Source of the DNA: Cupriavidus necator
GTDB taxonomy: Bacteria; Pseudomonadota; Gammaproteobacteria; Burkholderiales; Burkholderiaceae
DNA length: 32,000 nucleotides
Assembly: GCF_016127575.1 (NCBI RefSeq)
Contig: NZ_CP066018.1
Span: forward strand, 2,490,001 to 2,522,000
Reading direction: 5' to 3'
Position 1 is the first letter of the stretch; each line of letters opens with the position of its first letter. Of this stretch, positions 9,501 to 16,197 are shown in pieces. Below the pieces are notes generated by a model that did no database searches, was not told the origin of the DNA, and saw nothing but the letters and a program-made list of their open reading frames with translations. Both the position numbers and the translations under genes were made by a program.

Positions 9501-10388
9501 CAGGGGCGCCCGCAAGACACCGCCATAACGGGTATTGGCGCTGTCGTTCAGGTAGCCAAACGCGCCAAAGCGGACCTTGTCTGCATTGCGCTGCATTTCG
9601 CCAACCGGCTTGTACCCGGTGCGATACAGCTTGCAGAGATCGGTGCGGGACCTCGCTTCGCTTGCATCGCAGACTTGCACCCGTACCAGGTAGGTGCCCT
9701 GGTTCCTGTACTTGCCGGGGCTCGAGCAGCTGGCGCCGGACTCGGTGCTGTCCCCAAAGAACACCTTGTTGCCACATGAGGTGATGTACAAGGTCCTGCT
9801 GCTGAAAGGCGTGACCGAGGACGCCTTGTCGTAGGTCTTGCGGGGGAAGTAGGAGTTGCTGTTGAAAAAACTCTCCTGCAGCACGGCACGTTGCAGGATG
9901 GTCTGTGTGGCGGAGTCGACGACGCGGTCACCCCCGGTCAGCGCGTAGCGCAGCATATCGATGGCCGAGGCCGTGGCCCAGTTCATGAAGTTGCCGCTGA
10001 ACTGGCCCGTGCATGTGTGATCGGCCGTGTTGGCGTCGCCGGCAATGACAAAATAGCCATTGCTGGCGCTTCCGCTGTAGTTGTAGCACTTGCGCGGATT
10101 GAAGTAGCCAATGTATTCCGTGGTCGGCGAATACGTGCCGGAGCGATAGGCTGCCCCCACCGTGGGGAACTCCACCGAGAGCGTCAGCAGCAGGTTGGGA
10201 TGGATATTCTGGTTGCGGCCGTACAGCGGCGCCTGCGCGAGCTTGACGGTCGCGAGGCTGCTCTGTTCCGTTGCGGCAAGCAGCAGGCCGGCGGGCAGGC
10301 TGAGAAGCGCAGCCATTGCCGCGAAAATGAATTTCCGGATCCGGCTCATTTGCCGTGCTCCGCGACAGGCATGGACGTTCCCATTCAT
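6507..10388 (-). CDS. pilY1: Large PilY1/PilC-family pilus tip adhesin, 1293 aa (module 2)
   Basis: ORF 6507..10388. Signal peptide [26 protein letters not shown]. N-terminal vWA-like PilY1 hallmarks are [50 protein letters not shown] and [9 protein letters not shown]. C-terminal domain has [46 protein letters not shown] and TGRLGWREI. The start is either ATG 10388 (ATGA overlap with pilX) or ATG 10349 (MSRIRK). Confidence 0.9.
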   Translation of the reverse strand: [1293 protein letters not shown]

Positions 10389-10993
10389 TCCCCCTTCCGG
10401 TAGTACGACTGCAACATGACCCGGGTCGCCGGGTTAGCGCCAAAGCCGACGGCCGTGACGCGGAAGATGTATGCGCCCTCGCTCGCGCCTGGCGACATGT
10501 CGCTGATCGGCTCGATGATGTAGCGCGGCAGGGCGGCAGGCAGCAGCCCGCCTGTCGCGGTCGGGAACCTGCGGCCGGTGAAGGTGCCGTAGGCGGTGGT
10601 GCGTGCGTTGGCGCCCGTCTGGCTGAAGTCAACGGCAAGCCAGTTCGGCGTGCCGTCGAGCACCGGGTCGCACAATCCCTGGAAGGGTGAGGCGCCTGTC
10701 ACGCCGGTATTGCAACCCGCCACGAACGGCAGCACATTCATCGTGGTGCCGGAGAAGATGGCCGACCGGCTGGTTGGGGCGGAAACACCCTGGATGTCGA
10801 TTTCCGCATCCAGCAAGGCTGCCTCGGCCGCTTGCTGAGCCAGGTCCCGGTCGCGCTGGTTCGATGCCATGCGCTTGCTGCCAATGGCCAGCCGGGCACC
10901 GGCGATGGCGATGACGCTGATGATCAGCAGCATCACCAGGGCGGTGATCAGCGCGATGCCACGCGGGTTGGGGTGCGCGGTGCGGGTGTTCAT
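10385..10993 (-). CDS. pilX: PilX N-terminal domain pilus assembly protein (module 2)
   Basis: ORF 10385..10993. MNTRTAHPNPRGIALITALVMLLIISVIAIAGARLA...NQRDRDLAQQAAEAALLDAEIDI. ATGA overlap with the pilW stop at 10990-10993. Confidence 0.85.
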   Translation of the reverse strand: MNTRTAHPNPRGIALITALVMLLIISVIAIAGARLAIGSKRMASNQRDRDLAQQAAEAALLDAEIDIQGVSAPTSRSAIFSGTTMNVLPFVAGCNTGVTGASPFQGLCDPVLDGTPNWLAVDFSQTGANARTTAYGTFTGRRFPTATGGLLPAALPRYIIEPISDMSPGASEGAYIFRVTAVGFGANPATRVMLQSYYRKGE

Positions 10994-12024
10994 GTCGGCG
11001 AGCAGGTGGTGCAGGTGGCCATGTTCCGGAGCTGTACGGTGACGGTGTACAGGCGTCGCATGCGCTGCAGTTGCGTGGCCGGCGTGAAGGATGTGTCGTT
11101 GCCCGGCGAGCCCGGGAACAGGCGCCCGAACAGGCGCAAGGTTGGCGGATCCTGAGGCGATGCGCTGGCGGTATCGCCCATCAGCACCATGGCAATCTTT
11201 ATGGCGACGACGTTCTGCCAGGTGGTGGGCAGGGCCAGCACCTCGGTGGCCGACAGGAAGCGGTCCGGGGTCTGGTCGAAATTCGTATCCATGCCGTAAA
11301 GCACCTGGAAGACTTCAACGCCTGAGATCAGCGAAACAGCCTGGTACGCCGTGCCGGCCGTGAGGATTTCCTTGTTGGCGGCGTCCCGTGGACGATAGCC
11401 GCACATCAGCTGAGGCATGCCGCCGGCATCGTTGCTGACATAGAAGACCGCCATGCCGCGCGCTAGGTCTGCGTCTTCCCAGGCCTGCGGCTCGGCGACG
11501 CCATTGCCGGAGCAGTCGATCATGCTGTTGTCCGGGACGGTGCGGTCCTGCTGCGTGCCGGAGCCGAAGAAGCGGACCTGCAGCACATCGCTCTTGTTCA
11601 CGGCACCCGCTTGGGCCGGACACGCGAGGTTTTGCGCCGGATTGCCGAGATCTTGCGCGGGGGCGCCGCAGCTGTCGAGGCCGCTGATGGTCGGCGACAG
11701 GCTCGTGGTGGTGAGCATGACGCCTCCGGGGCTGGGCGCGGGAGGCCCGCTGGCGCCGGGAGAGGCCGCGGCGCTGTTGCCCGCATAGTTGCTCCACGCG
11801 GCCTGGCGCACGATCCGAACCACGGTATCCACCGCAAAACGGCCTTTCTCATCCAGCGCAGTGGTGTCATCGATGCTGTTGTAGTTGGCTCGTCCGGTCA
11901 GGTAGAGCGCCGCGGCAGCCATGATCAGGAGCAGGCTCAGCGTCATCGCCACCATCAGCTCCACCAGCGACAGCCCCAGTTGACGATGCCGGCCGGCGTT
12001 GAGATACATCCTGGCGTTCCGCAT
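10990..12024 (-). CDS. pilW: PilW-family type IV minor pilin (module 2)
   Basis: Internal ATG 12024 of ORF 10990..12150 (alternative ATG at 12009). MRNARMYLNAGRHRQLG|LSLVELMVAMTLSLLLIMAAAALY. The C-terminus has YGMDTNFDQTPDRF, a degenerate version of the PilW DxDxDG loop. Confidence 0.8.
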   Translation of the reverse strand: MRNARMYLNAGRHRQLGLSLVELMVAMTLSLLLIMAAAALYLTGRANYNSIDDTTALDEKGRFAVDTVVRIVRQAAWSNYAGNSAAASPGASGPPAPSPGGVMLTTTSLSPTISGLDSCGAPAQDLGNPAQNLACPAQAGAVNKSDVLQVRFFGSGTQQDRTVPDNSMIDCSGNGVAEPQAWEDADLARGMAVFYVSNDAGGMPQLMCGYRPRDAANKEILTAGTAYQAVSLISGVEVFQVLYGMDTNFDQTPDRFLSATEVLALPTTWQNVVAIKIAMVLMGDTASASPQDPPTLRLFGRLFPGSPGNDTSFTPATQLQRMRRLYTVTVQLRNMATCTTCSPT

Positions 12025-12025
12025 G

Positions 12026-12655
12026 TCAGTTAACCGTGCCCTGCGTGGCCACGATGACCACCTGGGGGCGCGTGCCCATGTCGGACATGTCGACCCGTGC
12101 CGCGACGGTTCTGGCGGCAAGCCGGGAGATCCAGCCGATCTTGATGACAATCGGTGCGTCGTCCGCGCGGCCAGTGGCCGATGGCGTGCATCCCCATGAG
12201 AAGCCGGTGGCCTGGTCGTAGGCGACCATGTCCCGGCAAATCACGGCGCGTCCGCCAGGCAGGCCTGTGCTGACACGCTCCCAGAACTCGGCGACATCGA
12301 AATCCGCCAGTTGCTGCGCGCACCCGGCCGCCGTGCCCGGGCAGGCGATCGCGTACGGGCTGTTTGCTGCCGTGAGCGCGGGCGGCTGCCCGGTGGCAGT
12401 GTCGATGAAGTAGCGGTTCGGGATGATGGCTTCCGCCGCCGCGCCGGTTTGCGAGACGGCCGGATTGGCACGCATGCGCTCGGCCATCTCGGTGGCCAGC
12501 TGCATGGCAGTGGTGTCGTAGGAAGCTTGTTGCGTGAAGCGGGATGAATTCAGCAGCAGGCTGGCGACGCCGAGCACGCCAACCGCCAGAACGACAATTG
12601 CCACCAATGCTTCGAGCATGGCAAAGCCGGCTGCCCCGCGGCAGCGTTGACCCAT
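12026..12655 (-). CDS. pilV: Type IV pilus modification protein PilV (module 2, first gene of the array)
   Basis: ATG 12655 inside ORF 12026..12670, whose listed start is TTG. MGQRCRGAAG|FAMLEALVAIVVLAVGVLGVASLLL is the typical PilV N-terminus. Confidence 0.8.
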   Translation of the reverse strand: MGQRCRGAAGFAMLEALVAIVVLAVGVLGVASLLLNSSRFTQQASYDTTAMQLATEMAERMRANPAVSQTGAAAEAIIPNRYFIDTATGQPPALTAANSPYAIACPGTAAGCAQQLADFDVAEFWERVSTGLPGGRAVICRDMVAYDQATGFSWGCTPSATGRADDAPIVIKIGWISRLAARTVAARVDMSDMGTRPQVVIVATQGTVN

Positions 12656-12705
12656 TCTGACCCCCGTCAAAAGACGTCCGACTTCGTTAACTTCTTTTTT
12701 TGGTC

Positions 12706-12721
12706 TGCAATCCCGGGCCCT
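12706..12721 (-). promoter_or_regulatory. Candidate sigma-54 type -24/-12 element upstream of pilV (module 2)
   Basis: The minus strand reads AGGGCCCGGGATTGCA against the consensus TGGCACG-N4-TTGCA. GG and TTGCA have correct spacing, about 50 nt upstream of ATG 12655. The match is partial. Confidence 0.25.
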
Positions 12722-12787
12722 TTTAATATGCGACAGCGGGCCTTGCGGAAATGCAACGGGGATTAAACAACGATTTTGTTACTTTTG

Positions 12788-13255
12788 CTACCCCTTCCGG
12801 GGGGTGGACGCCGCAAACTCATCCAGCACGTCGCGGAATTCCGACACGTCCTCAAAGCTCCGGTACACCGAAGCAAAGCGGATATACGCGATCTTGTCGA
12901 GCTTGCGCAATTCGCGCATCACCAGTTCGCCGACCTGGCTGCTGGGGATTTCTTTCTCTCCCAGTGCCAGCAGTTTTTCTTCGATGCGGGTGATGGCTTC
13001 GTCGATGGCTTCGGCCGAGACCGGGCGCTTGCGCAGCGCCAGGCGCATGGAATCCTTCAGCTTGGCGCGCGTGTAGTCCACGCGCGAGCCGTTTTTCTTG
13101 ACGATGGCGGGGAAGAACAGCTCGATCCGCTCATAGGTGGTGAAGCGGCGGTCGCAGGCTTCGCAGCGGCGGCGCCGGCGCACGGCATCGCCGTCTTCCG
13201 ACATGCGCGTGTCGAGTACCTGGGTATTGGAATGACCGCAAAAGGGGCATTTCAT
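12788..13255 (-). CDS. nrdR: Transcriptional repressor NrdR
   Basis: [45 protein letters not shown] shows the zinc ribbon CxxC...CxxC, followed by an ATP-cone domain. Full-length 155 aa. Confidence 0.95.
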   Translation of the reverse strand: MKCPFCGHSNTQVLDTRMSEDGDAVRRRRRCEACDRRFTTYERIELFFPAIVKKNGSRVDYTRAKLKDSMRLALRKRPVSAEAIDEAITRIEEKLLALGEKEIPSSQVGELVMRELRKLDKIAYIRFASVYRSFEDVSEFRDVLDEFAASTPRKG

Positions 13256-13331
13256 GCCGGACCACCTTCAGTTGAACCCCGTCGCCTTGTCCGTGTTGTC
13301 GTTCTGCGGAGGCGGGGCGGGTTGGCGAGGC

Positions 13332-13365
13332 CCGCAAGCCGGTGCCCGAGGACGCCGGCTTGCGG
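13332..13365 (-). other. GC-rich hairpin in the glyA-nrdR spacer
   Basis: 11-bp perfect arms CCGCAAGCCGG (13332-13342) and CCGGCTTGCGG (13355-13365). No U-tract follows on the minus strand. Confidence 0.6.
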
Positions 13366-13372
13366 AGCTGCC

Positions 13373-13403
13373 GGCCGCTCATGCGGAATCCGCATGGGCG
13401 GCC
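13373..13403 (-). other. GC-rich hairpin immediately downstream of the glyA stop
   Basis: GGCCGCTCATGCGG-AAT-CCGCATGGGCGGCC forms a stem of about 14 bp (one G-U pair) with a 3-nt loop, 8 nt after the glyA stop. No U-tract follows. Confidence 0.6.
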
Positions 13404-13411
13404 TCGATGCA

Positions 13412-14659
13412 TCAGCCGTAGACCGGGAAACGCTTGGTCAGGGCTGCCGCCTGCTCGCGCACGCTGGCGATATTGGCGGCGTCGTGCGGGTTGTCCAGCA
13501 CATCGGCGATCAGGTTGCCGACGATGCGGGCTTCTTCTTCCTTGAAGCCGCGCGTGGTCATGGCCGGCGAGCCCAGGCGGATGCCCGAGGTCACGAACGG
13601 CTTTTCCGGATCGTTGGGGATGGCGTTCTTGTTGACGGTGATATGCGCCTCGCCCAGGATGCGCTCGGCTTCCTTGCCGGTGATGTTCTTGGCGCGCAGG
13701 TCAACCAGCATCACGTGGCTTTCGGTGCGGCCCGAGACGATGCGCAGGCCGCGCGCGATCAGGGTCTCGGCCAGCACGGCGGCGTTCTTCACCACTTGCT
13801 GCTGGTATTCCTTGAACTCAGGCGTCAGCGCTTCCTTGAAGGCGACGGCCTTGCCGGCGATTACGTGCATCAGCGGGCCGCCCTGGATGCCGGGGAAGAT
13901 CGCCGAGTTGATGGCCTTCTCGTGCTCGGCCTTCATCAGGATCACGCCGCCGCGCGGGCCGCGCAGGCTCTTGTGCGTGGTGGTGGTGACGAAGTCGGCG
14001 TGCGGCACCGGGTTCGGGTAGACACCCGCGGCGATCAGGCCGGCGTAGTGGGCCATGTCGACCATGAAGTAAGCGCCGATCGACTTGGCAACCTTGCTGA
14101 TGCGCTCGAAGTCGATGCGCAGCGCGAAGGCCGAGGCGCCGGCGATGATCAGCTTGGGCTTCTTCTCCTGGGCCAGCTTTTCCAGCGCGTCGTAGTCGAT
14201 GTCTTCCTGGGCGTTCAGGCCGTAGCTGACCACGTTGAACCACTTGCCGCTCATGTTCAGGGCCATGCCGTGGGTCAGGTGGCCGCCTTCGGCCAGGCTC
14301 ATGCCCATGATGGTGTCGCCCGGCTTGAGCACGGCGAAGTACACGCCCTGGTTGGCCTGCGAGCCCGAGTTGGGTTGCACGTTGGCGGCTTCGGCGCCGA
14401 ACAGCTGCTTGACGCGGTCAATGGCCAGCTGCTCGACGACGTCGACGTACTCGCAACCGCCGTAGTAGCGCTTGCCGGGATAGCCCTCGGCGTACTTGTT
14501 GGTCAGCTGCGAACCCTGGGCGGCCATCACGGCCGGCGAGGTGTAGTTCTCGGAGGCGATCAGCTCGATGTGGTCTTCCTGACGCTGGTTCTCCTGCTGG
14601 ATGGCGGCAAAGACCTCGGGGTCGATCTGGTCGATCGTAAAACGGCTGCGTTCGAACAT
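13412..14659 (-). CDS. glyA: Serine hydroxymethyltransferase
   Basis: 415 aa. [70 protein letters not shown]...[14 protein letters not shown], which contains the PLP-lysine motif. Confidence 0.97.
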   Translation of the reverse strand: MFERSRFTIDQIDPEVFAAIQQENQRQEDHIELIASENYTSPAVMAAQGSQLTNKYAEGYPGKRYYGGCEYVDVVEQLAIDRVKQLFGAEAANVQPNSGSQANQGVYFAVLKPGDTIMGMSLAEGGHLTHGMALNMSGKWFNVVSYGLNAQEDIDYDALEKLAQEKKPKLIIAGASAFALRIDFERISKVAKSIGAYFMVDMAHYAGLIAAGVYPNPVPHADFVTTTTHKSLRGPRGGVILMKAEHEKAINSAIFPGIQGGPLMHVIAGKAVAFKEALTPEFKEYQQQVVKNAAVLAETLIARGLRIVSGRTESHVMLVDLRAKNITGKEAERILGEAHITVNKNAIPNDPEKPFVTSGIRLGSPAMTTRGFKEEEARIVGNLIADVLDNPHDAANIASVREQAAALTKRFPVYG

Positions 14660-14787
14660 GGCGAAACTCGTCTGAAAAATAGGGAATCCGATTCACGCAT
14701 CGGGGGTAGGGCGCGCGGGGAAGGCTAGCGGCGACCAGCACCGGCGGCTTGTAACCGTCGGTGCAGGGCGCACCCTGCTTCCCATTC

Positions 14788-14926
14788 GCTGCCCAGGCGA
14801 GCGGCAGGCGCAAGCAACTTCACGCCTAGGCGTGCTGAACGCTACGCGAACGCGCAATGAACGTCACGCCAGAGAACTTGCGCTTCCTCGTGGTAGTGCC
14901 CACTGACTTCGCCAGTCGCGCAAGAT
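14788..14926 (-). ncRNA. ZTP (pfl-motif) riboswitch in the glyA 5' leader
   Basis: Minus-strand RNA 14924->14877 reads CUUGCGC-GACUGGCGAAGUCA-GUGG-GCACUA-CCAC-GAGGAA-GCGCAAG. This gives P1, the conserved GACUGGCG, the P2 hairpin and a purine-rich joiner. After a linker of about 75 nt comes CGCCUGGGCA (14799->14790), the conserved 3' pseudoknot strand. The glyA association is typical for this class. Confidence 0.8.
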
Positions 14927-14941
14927 GGAATGGTTGCGCGC

Positions 14942-14971
14942 AGTGTAGCGCGAGGCGGGCGCCCGCCGCAA
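14942..14971 (-). promoter_or_regulatory. Candidate sigma-70 promoter for the riboswitch-glyA transcript
   Basis: The minus strand reads TTGCGG-18 nt-TACACT. The -10 ends about 17 nt upstream of riboswitch P1. Confidence 0.35.
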
Positions 14972-15084
14972 GCCGTCGGCCCCGCCAGGCAAGCGCTGGC
15001 AAGGGCTGGCCAGCAACTTGCTGTTGCAAAGTCGTCATGCGGGTTTACACGAAACCGCTATCGCTCTCCGTTACAATTGCGGCC

Positions 15085-15489
15085 ATGACAAACTTTGTCT
15101 GGACCCTGCGGGTGTACTGGGAAGACACCGACGCGGGCGGCGTAGTGTTCTACGCCAACTACCTGAAGTTCTTCGAGCGCGCCCGCACCGAGTGGCTGCG
15201 TGCGCTCGGCATCGAGCAGCAATCGCTCGCCGACGAGGCGGGCGTGGTCTTTATCGTCCGCAGCACGGCAGTGGACTACAATGCGCCCGCCCGGCTGGAT
15301 GACCAGCTCGAGATCCGCACGCGCATCGACCGGGTCGGCCCGGCGTCGGTCCAGTTCACCCAGGAAGCCTGGCGTGGCGAGCTGATGCTGGCCTCTGGCG
15401 CGATCCGTGTTGGGTGTGTCGATCGAAGCACTTTCCGTCCCGCCCCGATTCCCGACCCCGTTCTAGCTACCATCAAGTCCGCACGATGA
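15085..15489 (+). CDS. ybgC: Tol-Pal-associated acyl-CoA thioesterase YbgC
   Basis: Internal ATG 15085 of ORF 14857..15489. MTNFVWTLRVYWEDTDAGGVVFYANYLKFFERARTEWLRALG is the 4HBT hot-dog fold signature. It sits directly upstream of tolQ, with an ATGA overlap. Confidence 0.9.
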   Translation: MTNFVWTLRVYWEDTDAGGVVFYANYLKFFERARTEWLRALGIEQQSLADEAGVVFIVRSTAVDYNAPARLDDQLEIRTRIDRVGPASVQFTQEAWRGELMLASGAIRVGCVDRSTFRPAPIPDPVLATIKSAR

Positions 15490-16169
15490 ATCCCGTGACC
15501 GTCACGCAAGACATGTCGATCGTAACGCTGGTGCTCCACGCCAGCCTGCTGGCACAGGCCGTCATGGCGCTGTTGCTCGTCATGTCGCTGTTTTCGTGGA
15601 CCTATATCTTCCGCAAGCACCTGGCGCTGCGCTCGGCGCGCACCCAGACCGAGGGGTTCGAACGCGACTTCTGGGCCGGCGGCGACCTGCAGGCGCTATA
15701 TAACAGTGCCGTCAACAACCGCCACAACACCGGCGCGCTGGAGCGGATCTTTGAATCCGGCATGGGCGAGTTCCTGAAGGCGCGCGAGCGCGGCAACGAA
15801 GCCGGCGCGCTGCTCGATGCGGCCCGGCGCGCGATGCGCGCGGCCTACCAGCGCGAGATGGATGTGCTGGAATCGCATCTGCCGTTCCTGGCGTCGGTGG
15901 GTTCGGTGAGCCCGTATATCGGCCTGTTCGGCACGGTCTGGGGGATCATGAACGCTTTCCGCGGCCTGTCGAATGTGCAGCAGGCGACGCTCGCATCGGT
16001 GGCCCCTGGTATTGCCGAGGCGCTGGTGGCGACCGCGATCGGCCTGTTCGCTGCCATTCCCGCTGTGATCGCCTACAACCGCTATGCCACGGAGATCGAC
16101 CGCCTGGCGATCCGGTTCGAGAGCTTCATGGAAGAGTTCCTGAACATCCTGCAACGGCAGGCACGCTAA
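15486..16169 (+). CDS. tolQ: Tol-Pal system protein TolQ
   Basis: MNPVTVTQDMSIVTLVLHASLLAQAVMALLLVMSLFSWTYIF...SVSPYIGLFGTVWGIMNAF...IAEALVATAIGLFAAIPAVIAYN places it in the MotA/TolQ/ExbB family. Confidence 0.95.
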   Translation: MNPVTVTQDMSIVTLVLHASLLAQAVMALLLVMSLFSWTYIFRKHLALRSARTQTEGFERDFWAGGDLQALYNSAVNNRHNTGALERIFESGMGEFLKARERGNEAGALLDAARRAMRAAYQREMDVLESHLPFLASVGSVSPYIGLFGTVWGIMNAFRGLSNVQQATLASVAPGIAEALVATAIGLFAAIPAVIAYNRYATEIDRLAIRFESFMEEFLNILQRQAR

Positions 16170-16197
16170 CCGCACACGTATCGAATCTAATCCAGAC

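Noticed and set aside
12656-12787. AlgR-type binding site (CCGTTCGTC) upstream of the pilus array, by analogy with P. aeruginosa fimU
   Set aside because: Only a partial resemblance (CCCGTTGCA) is present, which is not enough to call a site.
12776-14728. 650-aa ORF on the plus strand
   Set aside because: It lies exactly antisense to the unmistakable nrdR and glyA genes. The product is a low-complexity Ala/Gly/Arg/Val-rich sequence typical of antisense frames in high-GC DNA.
14826-15038. 70-aa minus-strand ORF and the 5' part of plus ORF 14857..15489 in the glyA/ybgC intergenic region
   Set aside because: The region is better explained by the ZTP riboswitch aptamer and its promoter. YbgC similarity begins only at ATG 15085.
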